Source: Terrimicrobiaceae bacterium
GTDB lineage: Bacteria > Verrucomicrobiota > Verrucomicrobiia > Chthoniobacterales > Terrimicrobiaceae
DNA: 64,000 nucleotides
Assembly (NCBI GenBank): GCA_041752695.1
Contig: JBGSVZ010000046.1
Span: forward strand, 1 to 64,000
Direction of reading: 5' to 3'
Below are positions 18,034 to 27,161 of this stretch, piece after piece. The translations under genes and the position numbers were made by a program. How positions within the stretch are numbered: the first letter of the stretch is position 1; every line of letters begins with the position of its first letter. The notes below the pieces were generated by a model, which made no database searches, was not told the origin of the DNA, and was given only the letters and a program-made list of their open reading frames with translations.

Positions 18034-18073
18034 ATGGCTGACCCCTATCCCCTATGGCCGACCCCTATCCCAC
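18034..18073 (+). repeat. 20-bp tandem duplication of the element end
   Basis: ATGGCTGACCCCTATCCCCT followed by ATGGCCGACCCCTATCCCAC. Confidence 0.85.
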
Positions 18074-18172
18074 TCTACCGTTTTTCCAGGGCATCCGCCC
18101 AGTCTATCGGGTTACCCATGTCCTCGGTTCGCACCTCCCCTCCTTCTAGAAGTGCGATGCTCGCTCTGGCGC

Positions 18173-19834
18173 TTAGCGCCCGATTTCACGCAACTTGTCG
18201 TCGAGGAGGCGGGTGAATTCAGCGACTCTGCCAGAGTGTTTTGGGTGGGCGGCGAGGTTGACACGTTCTTCGGGGTCCTCGTCGTAATCGTAAAGCTCCA
18301 GCCACGCGGGTCCTGCACCCGTAGCGCCGGAGGCCGGACGACTTTCGAGCCACGCGGTGAATCGGTAGCGCGAATCCCGCAGCGAGTAACCCATATAGCG
18401 TTTGCCCTCGTGCTCGCGAGGGAACTGGCTCATTTCGACGGGCTTCACACTCGCGCTCGGGTCGGCCAGGATGGGTTGGAGGCTCGCACCCTGAAGGCCA
18501 TCTGGCAAAGGCAACCCCGCAAGATCGCAGAGGGTCGGATAAATATCTACAAGTCCAGCCGGATTCACCGCGGGCGTTCCACAATCGGGCATGCCCGGAG
18601 CCGCTATAATGAGAGGCGTGCGCACCGCCTGCTCGTAGTTCGTGTGCTTGCACCACATCCCGTGGTCGCCCAGATGCCAGCCATGGTCTCCGAACAAGAC
18701 GACAATGGTGGATGACGTTAGGCCAAGTTCGTCAAGTTTGTCCAAGAGCACTCCGATCTGGGCATCGACATAACTCACACACGCCAGATAACCGTGGATC
18801 AGTTCCCGTTGAAGTTCGTCCGGAACGGGCCCAGTTCCGGAGACGTCACTGTAGGCGCGGAGTTCCCAACTATCCTGAAACGCAAATTTCGGCGCTCCCC
18901 GTGGCATTTCCCGATACGACGGTATTTCGATCTGGTTGCGACGGTAGAGGTCCCAATATTTTTTCGGCGCGACGAAAGGCAGGTGGGGCTTGTAAAATCC
19001 GACTGCCAGAAAGAACGGACGGCGATCCACCGAAAGTTCCTCGAGCAGTTTTGCAGCGCTCAATGCGATGGCTCCGTCCGTGTAAGCGTTGTCGGGCACA
19101 TCCATCGACTCGGTGAGTGGGCGAGAGCCGGGCGAATCCTGGACTGCTTTGGATACCGCCTTTCCCTTCAGGTTGCCCTCCCTGATGAGCTCGTCGAGCT
19201 GGCGGGCAAGCTCACCAGTTCGTGCGTCCTGATAGTAGCCCGCGTGGGGCGGAGCAGGATCGAACTCGATCGGGCGATGTCTGTCTCCGAATGGAAGCGA
19301 CCACGACCGGACATCCATCCCCTCGTCTACGTTCCTGGAATCGAAGATTTTCCCCAACCCCGCCGTCACGTAGCCGTGCTCGCGGAAATACTGCGGCAGC
19401 GTGACGACGTTGGGATGGGCCGCTCGCATCGGCGTATGCAAATCCACCACGCCGGTCTTGTCCGGGTAGAACCCAGTGAGCAGACTTGTGCGCGATGGCG
19501 TGCATAATGCCTGCTGGCATTGAGCGTTTAAAAAAATCCGTCCACGCCGGGCCAGCCGGTCCATGTTCGGCGTGATCGCCTGCGCGTGGCCGTAAGCGCC
19601 AATGAGGGGCTTGAGATCGTCCACGGGGATGAACAGGATGTTCGGTCGTCTGTTGTCGATGCGTTCCTGGTGTTTGATGAACGCGTCCTTCCGGTTCGGC
19701 GCACGTTGGGCTGCCTCCGGCGCGTCGGGACTCGGATAGGAGGTGGTGTCGGCCCTTCCCTCCTGAGCAAACGAACCCGCATAAGAAGGGGCCACGAGCA
19801 TCGCCGCGAAACTGGAGATGTTGCGAAGGCGCAT
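18173..19834 (-). CDS. Sulfatase (S1, iduronate-2-sulfatase/choline-sulfatase-like)
   Basis: PNILFIPVDDL, CTPSRTSLLTG (CxPxR), GFYKPHLPF, GDHGWHLG, ELYD..EDP.E; start uncertain (19834-19900). Confidence 0.9.
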   Translation of the reverse strand: MRLRNISSFAAMLVAPSYAGSFAQEGRADTTSYPSPDAPEAAQRAPNRKDAFIKHQERIDNRRPNILFIPVDDLKPLIGAYGHAQAITPNMDRLARRGRIFLNAQCQQALCTPSRTSLLTGFYPDKTGVVDLHTPMRAAHPNVVTLPQYFREHGYVTAGLGKIFDSRNVDEGMDVRSWSLPFGDRHRPIEFDPAPPHAGYYQDARTGELARQLDELIREGNLKGKAVSKAVQDSPGSRPLTESMDVPDNAYTDGAIALSAAKLLEELSVDRRPFFLAVGFYKPHLPFVAPKKYWDLYRRNQIEIPSYREMPRGAPKFAFQDSWELRAYSDVSGTGPVPDELQRELIHGYLACVSYVDAQIGVLLDKLDELGLTSSTIVVLFGDHGWHLGDHGMWCKHTNYEQAVRTPLIIAAPGMPDCGTPAVNPAGLVDIYPTLCDLAGLPLPDGLQGASLQPILADPSASVKPVEMSQFPREHEGKRYMGYSLRDSRYRFTAWLESRPASGATGAGPAWLELYDYDEDPEERVNLAAHPKHSGRVAEFTRLLDDKLREIGR

Positions 19835-19967
19835 CCCCCATCGAAGCAGCGGGGAGAAAAGGGACAGCCATTGAAAATTGATGTTCATACAATGCTGCAA
19901 CTCCCCGTGCCATCAAGGCCTCACGAGGCGGCCGGAGGTTCAGCAGCCCGCGCTCGGACCAGCGCAG

Positions 19968-21539
19968 TCAACTTTTTGGAGGAACGGTCGCGTCCGGAAC
20001 GCTGGCCTGCGGCTTGCCTTTGGTCTTGTCGGAGGCGGATTTCTCCGCGGGAGGGACGGCGGGGAATGTGGAATCTCGCGCCGGGGGTTCACCCGGGGGC
20101 CGCAGAGAAACCATGTAGGTCACGAGGGCTTCCACTTCGTTGGGCGAAAGGTTTTTTCCGTAAGCTGGCATGTTGCCGCCGCCCTGAATGACTTGGCGGA
20201 TGAGCTGATCCTTGGTCAGGCGGGTTCCGACATCGGCGAGATCGGGTCCGCGCTGGCCGCCCACTCCGTCGATGGCATGGCAGTTGCGGCACTGTTTGTT
20301 TTGCAAGACGACGAGGCCCTGGAGTTCCAGCGGGGTGCGCTCCAGCACCCGGGAGGATTCCGTAGCGTCGGCGGTCCACGCGGTCATGACAGGCGACCAG
20401 GGCGAGGTGATGCCCAGGTAGGTCAGGATGCCCATGACGAGGTACACAAAGACCACGGTGAGCACGGCCAACGGGCGGCGACGCCAGCTTTTTTCGCCGG
20501 TGTTGTTGATGAATGGCAGGGCAAAAAGCACCAGCATGATCGCCGGGGCGCCGACGAGGAGGAGGAAGGTCTCCATGTAGTCGGGCATGAGCGCCGCGAC
20601 GGCAAAGATCCACATGAAGAAAAAGTCGGGGCGCGGGACGGTGTCAATTTCCGTCGGGAACGGCGGTCCGGTGGGACCCTTAGGTCCGAAGACGGCGGCG
20701 CAGAGCATGATGCCGCCCATCACCACGGCGGCGGCGACGAGGTCCTTCCAGATCCCGTGGGGGGCAAAGGGCATGCCGTCCTTCTTGATGATTTCGGCGT
20801 ACTCCTTGTCGTAAGTTTCCTTGCGGACGAGGTGACCGGGTTTGGGATATTCGTTGATGCCCTTGGTCAGAACCATCCGCAGATGCAGTGCGACGAGGGC
20901 GAGAATGGTTCCCGGAATGATAAACACATGTAGGGAGAAAAATCGCGAAAGGGTCTCCGAAGCGATGATCGGGCCGCCGAGCATGAGGTGGACGAGATTT
21001 TCCCCGATGAAGGGCACGCGACCCATGATAGCCGCTCCGATGCCGAGGCCCCAGTAGGCGTCTTCGTCGAAACGCAGCACCTGGCCAGTGAAGGCCATGC
21101 CGAGCGTGCAAACCATGAGAATACAGCCGGAGATCCAGGTGATCTCGCGCGGGTATTTGTAGGCCCCAAAGAGGAAGACCTGCGTCATGTGAAGGAACAT
21201 GATCGCCACCATGAAGTTCGACCCCCAGTAGTGCATGCCACGAAGGAACCAGCCGAGCGGCTGTTCGTAGGTGAGATACTCCAGCGTGGTGTAGGCTTCC
21301 GCGCCGGAAGGCACATAAGCAAAGGCCAGCAGGCTGCCGGTGACGATCTGAATCATCAGACAGAGCAGAGTGGCACTGCCAAAAACGTAAAACCAACTGG
21401 CGCTGCTTTTCGGGATGTGATGTCCGGCGGTGTGCTCCCAGAGATCGGTGATGTGCAGCCGGTTATCGAGCCACACGAAGACGCCTTGCACGGCGTCGAA
21501 CGCGAGATTTTTGGCAGTTTTTTTGACGGGCTCGCTCAT
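19968..21539 (-). CDS. qcrB: Cytochrome b (b/b6 + subunit IV-like) fused to a C-terminal cytochrome c
   Basis: GW.LRGMHYWG, HM.QVF..GAYK.PRE.TW.SG, RFFSLH, PDFFF (PEWY-equivalent), CRNCH + MPAY. Confidence 0.9.
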   Translation of the reverse strand: MSEPVKKTAKNLAFDAVQGVFVWLDNRLHITDLWEHTAGHHIPKSSASWFYVFGSATLLCLMIQIVTGSLLAFAYVPSGAEAYTTLEYLTYEQPLGWFLRGMHYWGSNFMVAIMFLHMTQVFLFGAYKYPREITWISGCILMVCTLGMAFTGQVLRFDEDAYWGLGIGAAIMGRVPFIGENLVHLMLGGPIIASETLSRFFSLHVFIIPGTILALVALHLRMVLTKGINEYPKPGHLVRKETYDKEYAEIIKKDGMPFAPHGIWKDLVAAAVVMGGIMLCAAVFGPKGPTGPPFPTEIDTVPRPDFFFMWIFAVAALMPDYMETFLLLVGAPAIMLVLFALPFINNTGEKSWRRRPLAVLTVVFVYLVMGILTYLGITSPWSPVMTAWTADATESSRVLERTPLELQGLVVLQNKQCRNCHAIDGVGGQRGPDLADVGTRLTKDQLIRQVIQGGGNMPAYGKNLSPNEVEALVTYMVSLRPPGEPPARDSTFPAVPPAEKSASDKTKGKPQASVPDATVPPKS

Positions 21540-22087
21540 GCCGTGGGGCTCGCGAGGGTCGGAAGCAGACCCGCGTCGATGATGAGTTCGTTATTCACGA
21601 CCGAAACCTTGTATTCGTAAAGCCCGCGGGGCGGGGGGCCCGAGGCGTGGGAACCATCCTGGTAAAAAGCGCCTCCATGACAGGGGCACATGAACAGCTT
21701 GGATTCGTCAAACCAGCGGACCGGGCAACCCAGATGGGTGCAGTTGATGGCAAAGACCTGAAACTGTTCGCCTTCGATCCGGCGCACCCAGCAGGGAATG
21801 ACCGCCGTTTCGCCGTCCCACGGACGTTTGTAGGGGTTGGTGTACGAAGCCAGGCGGGTGGTGCCTTCGGGAAACTTGTCGATGGGCCCCAGCGAGATGC
21901 CTTTGGAGGGAAGAACCTTGATGAAACTCGACATCACGTAGCCGATGAGCGGCAGCGACACCATGGCGCCCGCCACGACATTGAGTCCGATGCCAACCTT
22001 GAAAAGAAAATCGCGACGCGACGTGTCGGCCACCTCACCTTCGCAGGCGCACTTCTTTTCGGTTTCCTTATGCTTGTGCGGTATCAT
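21536..22087 (-). CDS. Rieske 2Fe-2S subunit of the bc complex
   Basis: SRRDFL Tat-like motif + TM; CTHLGC and CPCHGG boxes; GPPPR.L. Confidence 0.93.
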   Translation of the reverse strand: MIPHKHKETEKKCACEGEVADTSRRDFLFKVGIGLNVVAGAMVSLPLIGYVMSSFIKVLPSKGISLGPIDKFPEGTTRLASYTNPYKRPWDGETAVIPCWVRRIEGEQFQVFAINCTHLGCPVRWFDESKLFMCPCHGGAFYQDGSHASGPPPRGLYEYKVSVVNNELIIDAGLLPTLASPTA

Positions 22088-22100
22088 GCGATTCTCTGAT

Positions 22101-22802
22101 TTAACGCTGCGCCGGGGCGAGCGGTTGTCCAAATTCGTTTTTCCTCTGTGAAATCAACCAGGCAACGATGTCGGAGATATCGCTGTCGGAAAGCGGGCGT
22201 CCGGGGATGACCGTCTGAAAATCCGCGATGCCCAGCTCCGGGCGTCCGGCGAGGATGAGGGTGCGCAGGTATTGGTCGCTAACGAGGCCGAGGAAGGCCG
22301 GGTTGGTCATAAAGCCATCTCCCAGCATTTTCGGGCCTGCCGACTTTTCGATGGCCGCGACGTAGGCGGCGTAAAGCGTCTCGCCATTGGCGGCGTCTCC
22401 GGGAGGCGCGGCATAGGGCGGAAGGGTCACTCCCGCCGGCAAGGGTTTGGCCCAGGCAAAAATCCCCTCAACCAGGATGTCGATCTGCTGGTCGGTCAGC
22501 ATGCCGCCATTGGTGGTGGAGAACGGCGGCATCAATGTTCCCGGAATGCCGTTGGCCACAATCTCGCGGAACGTGTCTTTCGGGATGACCGCGAGATAGG
22601 CGGGATTGTTCAGCGAGAGGGAGCCGGAAATGGTGGTACCGTCGCCGTGGCAGCCCTGGCAGTTTTCGGCGAAGAGCTGCTTAAAATCGACCACCGCGGT
22701 GGGCGGCTGCCATTTGTCAGTTTTCTCGTCGGGTTTCCCGGGCATCCAATCACAGCCAACGAGCCCGACGCAGAAGATCGAGAGCACGAGGAGGCGGATC
22801 AT
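22101..22802 (-). CDS. Lipoprotein cytochrome c (one intact CxxCH, second domain degenerate)
   Basis: ATG 22802 overlapping the upstream stop; lipobox LVGC; CQGCH...GIPGTLMP; second domain G..LYAAYVAAIE lacks CxxCH. Confidence 0.82.
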   Translation of the reverse strand: MIRLLVLSIFCVGLVGCDWMPGKPDEKTDKWQPPTAVVDFKQLFAENCQGCHGDGTTISGSLSLNNPAYLAVIPKDTFREIVANGIPGTLMPPFSTTNGGMLTDQQIDILVEGIFAWAKPLPAGVTLPPYAAPPGDAANGETLYAAYVAAIEKSAGPKMLGDGFMTNPAFLGLVSDQYLRTLILAGRPELGIADFQTVIPGRPLSDSDISDIVAWLISQRKNEFGQPLAPAQR

Positions 22803-23644
22803 TTGTCGTCCTCCGTGGGATGCTGGGCCTCCACGCCCAATTTTTCCGCAAGGGAGAGGTGCTGCATGGTCTCGACCTTGGTGGATTTGAAAACGACATA
22901 CCCGCAGACGAGCCCGAAGGCCATCTGACAGATAAAAAACGGGAACCAATCGATGCCGGAGGCCAGCTTGGGATTGATCATGCGCAAAGAGGCAAAAAGG
23001 AGGCCGCTCCAGATGATGGGTGGGATCACGCCGCCGAAAAGCCATTCGAAGCGCCGCGGCAGCATGGGAACCAGAACGACGTAAAGCAGGCCAATCAGGA
23101 TGGAGGTCGTGAGGTGGGCGATGGTTCCCACGATGAGACCCGCCATGCTGAACTGGCGGAGCGTTTCCAAGCTCGCCTCGGCAAGCTCGGGTACGCCGGC
23201 GGCGGCGAGAAGGTTGATCGGATACCAGATGCTGCCGTATTTGAACACGCCCCACAGGCAGGCAAAGAAGGCCATTACCGCAGCACCCACCAATCCGCCA
23301 AAAATGCCCGCGGTATACGGATGCACCTCGATTGGGATTCGCGCGCGGTGAGGCACATTGCTGGCATCGAGCATTTGCACCGCCCTCCCCTTCGTGCGGA
23401 TGGGCTGAGGCTGTTCCCCGAGCGGACGGACGGGCACGGAAACATGTTTCGGATGCGGGAATACATCCAGGCACCACCCAATGGCCCCGGAAAGTCCGAG
23501 CAAGAACCCTACCAGCGAAATGGAGATGTCCGTCACCAAGCCAAAAAACACCAACGCCAGTCCAAAGGCGGACACAATGGGCCACGCCGTGGGCGTCGGA
23601 AGCTCAATGCCGTCGTGAGAGTTTGTTGCGGAATCTTTCTCCAT
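22799..23644 (-). CDS. Membrane protein of the oxidase operon (subunit-IV-like N-terminus)
   Basis: LPTPTAWPI..A.G N-terminus, ~6 TM; follows subunit III. Confidence 0.65.
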   Translation of the reverse strand: MEKDSATNSHDGIELPTPTAWPIVSAFGLALVFFGLVTDISISLVGFLLGLSGAIGWCLDVFPHPKHVSVPVRPLGEQPQPIRTKGRAVQMLDASNVPHRARIPIEVHPYTAGIFGGLVGAAVMAFFACLWGVFKYGSIWYPINLLAAAGVPELAEASLETLRQFSMAGLIVGTIAHLTTSILIGLLYVVLVPMLPRRFEWLFGGVIPPIIWSGLLFASLRMINPKLASGIDWFPFFICQMAFGLVCGYVVFKSTKVETMQHLSLAEKLGVEAQHPTEDDK

Positions 23645-23647
23645 GAC

Positions 23648-24280
23648 TCAATACCTCACACTGATGATGTAAACTACCGTAAGCACCACGATCCAGATGG
23701 CGTCCACGAAATGCCAATACCACGAGATCATTTCGATGTGCTCGGAGTGGTCCTGGGGAATTCGGCCCAAAGCCGTCAGGACCCAGACGATGCTGAGGAG
23801 GAGCAGGCCGATGACCACGTGGCTCAAGTGCAACCCGACAAGGGCGTAGAAGGTCGAGCCGAAGACATTCGTGCTGATGGTGAGGTTTTTCTGGAAAATC
23901 AGATGATACCACTCCTCGCCGGTGAAAAAGACAAAGTAAGCCCCAAGCAGAATGGTGAGGCCCCACCAGATGAGGAATCCGGAACGGTTCACCTTGTGCA
24001 GCATTTTTTCGGCGACGATCACCGTGGCGCTGCTGGCGAAGAGCGCGAGGCTGCCCCAGAGCGGAAACTCCAGAACCTCCTTCGGGAAGGGTCCATTCAG
24101 GCTCTTGCCCATGTAAAAAAGATACGCCACGACAAAGATCGTGAAGAGCGCCGATTCCGTGATGATGAGACAGGTGATGCCCACCTTGCGCGGGGAAGGC
24201 AGACGCCACGGGGTGTCGGTCGGCGTGGGGTCGTTGATCATGTGGGCCGGATCGCCCACCTGTAATTTTTCGGCGCTCAT
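23648..24280 (-). CDS. ctaE: Cytochrome c oxidase subunit III
   Basis: ESALF, EW, FY.LVGLH..HV, YWHFVD.IW. Confidence 0.93.
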   Translation of the reverse strand: MSAEKLQVGDPAHMINDPTPTDTPWRLPSPRKVGITCLIITESALFTIFVVAYLFYMGKSLNGPFPKEVLEFPLWGSLALFASSATVIVAEKMLHKVNRSGFLIWWGLTILLGAYFVFFTGEEWYHLIFQKNLTISTNVFGSTFYALVGLHLSHVVIGLLLLSIVWVLTALGRIPQDHSEHIEMISWYWHFVDAIWIVVLTVVYIISVRY

Positions 24281-25980
24281 TCGAATTTCCAGTCGGGATC
24301 CTCCGGATGTTTCAAATCCCAGAGCGGGCGGCGGCTGCGCACTTCGGGCAGTTTTTCAAAGTTGTATTCCGCGGGCGGCGAGGTGGTTGACCATTCGAGC
24401 GTCCAGGCATCCCACGGATCGTCGCCGGCTTCCTTGCCCCAGATGTAGGAGTAGATCAAATTCCAGACAAAAAACAGGATGCCGGGAATCTGGAAAAGCA
24501 GGCCCAGGGTGGAGATCTGGTTCCAGATTTCCCAGCCGCGTCCCTCTTCGTAGGTGAAAATGCGACGCGGCATGCCGAGGAACCCGGAAACGTGCTGCGG
24601 CAGGAAGGTGAGTTGGAAACCGATCATGAAAAGCCAGAAATGCCATCGCCCGAGTTTCGCGTTGGGCATCTTGCCGAAGGCTTTGGGATACCAATAATAA
24701 ATGCCGGCGAAGATCGTGAAGAGCAGGCCGCCGATCAGCACGTAGTGAAAGTGCGCGACCACAAAATACGAGTCGCTCAACTGCCAGTCAAACGGTGCGA
24801 CCGAGAGCATCACGCCCGTGAGCCCGGCAATGAGAAACTGGAAGAGGAACGCCAGACAAAACATCATCGGCAAATCGAAGCGGATTTTTCCGCCGTACAT
24901 CGTGCCCAGCCAGTTGAAAATCTTAATGCCGGTCGGGATGGCAATGATCATCGTCGAGATGGCAAAGAAGGTGTTTCCGATCGACGTCATTCCCACGGTG
25001 AACATGTGGTGCGCCCAGACTCCGAGGCTGATGAAGGCGATCATGACACTGGCCGCCACCATCACGGGATAACCGAAGATCGGCTTGCGCGAGAAAACCG
25101 GAATGATCTCCGAGGCAATGGCGAAGCCCGGCAAAATCAGGATGTACACCTCCGGGTGTCCGAAAATCCAGAAGAAGTGCTGCCAGAGCACCGCCGAACC
25201 GCCGGCCTGGGTGTCGAAAAATTTCGCCCCAAGATAACGGTCGAGGAGCAACATGATCTGGCACGCCGAGAGGGGCGGCATGGCGATGATGACCAGAAAG
25301 GCCACCACGATCCACAACCAGACAAAGAGCGGCATCTTGCCCAACACCATGCCTTTGCACCTCAGGCAGAAGACCGTGACCAAAATATTAATCGACGTGG
25401 AGATACTGCCAATGCCGCCCAGCAAGATGGAAAGGGTCCAATAATCCGTGCTGTGTCCGCGCGAAAATGCCTTCTGGGTCAATGGCGCGTAGGCAAACCA
25501 ACCCACATCCGGTGCAGACCCCGCATTGTAGAGTCCCGGAGCGGTGAAATAGCTGGCATACAGAAAAATGCCGCTGAAAAGAAAAACCCAGAACCCAAAC
25601 GCATTGAGACGGGGAAACGCCATGTCCCGCGTTCCGATCATCAGCGGAATAAGATAATTGGCGAAGCCGAAGATAATCGGCATGCCCACCAGAAACACCA
25701 TCGCGGTGCCATGCATGGTGAAGAACCGGTTGAAAACATCCGGCTCCAGAAACGTATTCTGCGGAAAGAAAAGCTGGATGCGAATGAGGGTCGCCATCAG
25801 ACCGGCGACCACAAAAAAGATCAGGCCCGAGCCGATGTACATCAGCCCCAGCTTTTTGTGGTCCACGGTGAAGACCAACTCCTGCACGATTCGCGTGAGC
25901 GAACCCTTTTCGTCTCCTACCTCCTGCACGGGCGGCGGCACGAATTCATTCTCGTCGTTCGTTGGAAGTGCGCTGGCCAT
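24277..25980 (-). CDS. ctaD: Cytochrome c oxidase subunit I (A1 type)
   Basis: DHK..G, HG..M, FWIFGHPEVY, WAHHMF, VAHFHY, GMPRR. Confidence 0.97.
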   Translation of the reverse strand: MASALPTNDENEFVPPPVQEVGDEKGSLTRIVQELVFTVDHKKLGLMYIGSGLIFFVVAGLMATLIRIQLFFPQNTFLEPDVFNRFFTMHGTAMVFLVGMPIIFGFANYLIPLMIGTRDMAFPRLNAFGFWVFLFSGIFLYASYFTAPGLYNAGSAPDVGWFAYAPLTQKAFSRGHSTDYWTLSILLGGIGSISTSINILVTVFCLRCKGMVLGKMPLFVWLWIVVAFLVIIAMPPLSACQIMLLLDRYLGAKFFDTQAGGSAVLWQHFFWIFGHPEVYILILPGFAIASEIIPVFSRKPIFGYPVMVAASVMIAFISLGVWAHHMFTVGMTSIGNTFFAISTMIIAIPTGIKIFNWLGTMYGGKIRFDLPMMFCLAFLFQFLIAGLTGVMLSVAPFDWQLSDSYFVVAHFHYVLIGGLLFTIFAGIYYWYPKAFGKMPNAKLGRWHFWLFMIGFQLTFLPQHVSGFLGMPRRIFTYEEGRGWEIWNQISTLGLLFQIPGILFFVWNLIYSYIWGKEAGDDPWDAWTLEWSTTSPPAEYNFEKLPEVRSRRPLWDLKHPEDPDWKFE

Positions 25981-26021
25981 CGATTAGCGGCTGGTGAACG
26001 GTTGATGGTTGAGGAAAGGTG

Positions 26022-27161
26022 TCATTTCAGCGTCATCAGATAGGCGGTGATGTCATCCACCTCGTTTTCGAGCAACTGCATGTCGGGCATCAGGCAGCCG
26101 ACCTTGATGTCCTGGGGGTCACGCACCCAGGCGCGAAGATTGGTTTCGTTCAGCGGCAGCACGCCGGCACCAATGGTCTGGCGGGTCATCAGTTTGGTCA
26201 GGTCGGGGCCGAAAACCCCCTCCGCCACGGAGCCGTCCAGCTTGTGACAGTTCACACACGAATTGGCAAAAAACAGGCGATGTCCCTCAATTTGCTGGGC
26301 CGTCTGGGGCGGCGGGACGGGAGCTTTTTGCTGCGCGACCCAATTGGCGAAACCCTCCTTGGTATGCACGATCACCCGGATGAGCATGTTCGCATGCTGC
26401 GTTCCGCAATACTCGGCGCAGTTTCCGAAATAGACCCCTGTCTCATAAGGGTCGAACCACAGATCATTATTTCTGTTCGGCACCAGGTCGGTTTTGCCCG
26501 CGAGTTGCGGCACCCAGAAGCTGTGGATCACATCCGCCGACTGCAGGAGCAGGTGGGTCGGGGTGGCCTTGTCCGGATCGCGGTCGCTAATGGGAATGTG
26601 CAGTTCGTTGGCCGTGGTGATGCCGAGATCCGGGTAATGAAACTCCCACCACCACTGGTGCCCGACGATCCTCACCTTCAAGGCATCCTCTGGCATGGGC
26701 ATGTTTTGAATTTCGCCAATGGTTCGACTGGTCACGAGGATCAATACGACCGTGATCAGGATGGGGATGACGGTCCACGCCAGTTCGATATGGGAACTTC
26801 CATAGATCTGAGGCGGTTCCTGGCCGTTATCGTTTTCTTTCCGGCGAAATTTCAGGACGATAAAAACCAGGAGTCCGGTAACGACGGCAAAAATGCCTGC
26901 GCAAATCAGCATCACCAGCACGGCGGACTCGTGAATCATCTCCGCGGGACGCGACAGCGGCTTGAACATGTCCGCGACGCGACGCATCTCATACTCCATG
27001 CCGGCAGCTTCCGCATAAACGGCTCCACTCAGAGCCATCAGCAGCCCCCCAGCGCCCAAAAACAACCTGGATAGAGTCAGCCCCGCTTTCACTGCGTCCT
27101 TGCTAGCCGAACGCACCTCCGCAAAGAAACCTTTTTTTCTCCAGAAGCCGGGTTTTTCCAC
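26022..27161 (-). CDS. ctaC: Cytochrome c oxidase subunit II with fused cytochrome c (caa3 type)
   Basis: ELAWT.IP, GHQWWW, DVIHSFW, CAEYCGTQHANM CuA site, CVNCH; GTG 27161 with GGAAGG upstream (start uncertain). Confidence 0.93.
   Translation of the reverse strand: MEKPGFWRKKGFFAEVRSASKDAVKAGLTLSRLFLGAGGLLMALSGAVYAEAAGMEYEMRRVADMFKPLSRPAEMIHESAVLVMLICAGIFAVVTGLLVFIVLKFRRKENDNGQEPPQIYGSSHIELAWTVIPILITVVLILVTSRTIGEIQNMPMPEDALKVRIVGHQWWWEFHYPDLGITTANELHIPISDRDPDKATPTHLLLQSADVIHSFWVPQLAGKTDLVPNRNNDLWFDPYETGVYFGNCAEYCGTQHANMLIRVIVHTKEGFANWVAQQKAPVPPPQTAQQIEGHRLFFANSCVNCHKLDGSVAEGVFGPDLTKLMTRQTIGAGVLPLNETNLRAWVRDPQDIKVGCLMPDMQLLENEVDDITAYLMTLK

Larger units (their letters stand above)
16792..18044. 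mobile_element. Inverted-repeat-bounded non-autonomous element (transposase remnant + dioxygenase cargo)
   Basis: GGGTCAGCCATT (16792-16803) and AATGGCTGACCC (18033-18044) are a perfect 12-bp inverted repeat, 17/21 when extended inward. Confidence 0.7.

Noticed and set aside
18034..18073. Tandem repeat as a possible CRISPR remnant
   Set aside because: Two adjacent units, no spacers and no cas genes.
16768..19952. GTTCAGC shared near both edges of the dioxygenase/sulfatase insertion as a target duplication
   Set aside because: Only 7 bp; too short to distinguish from chance.
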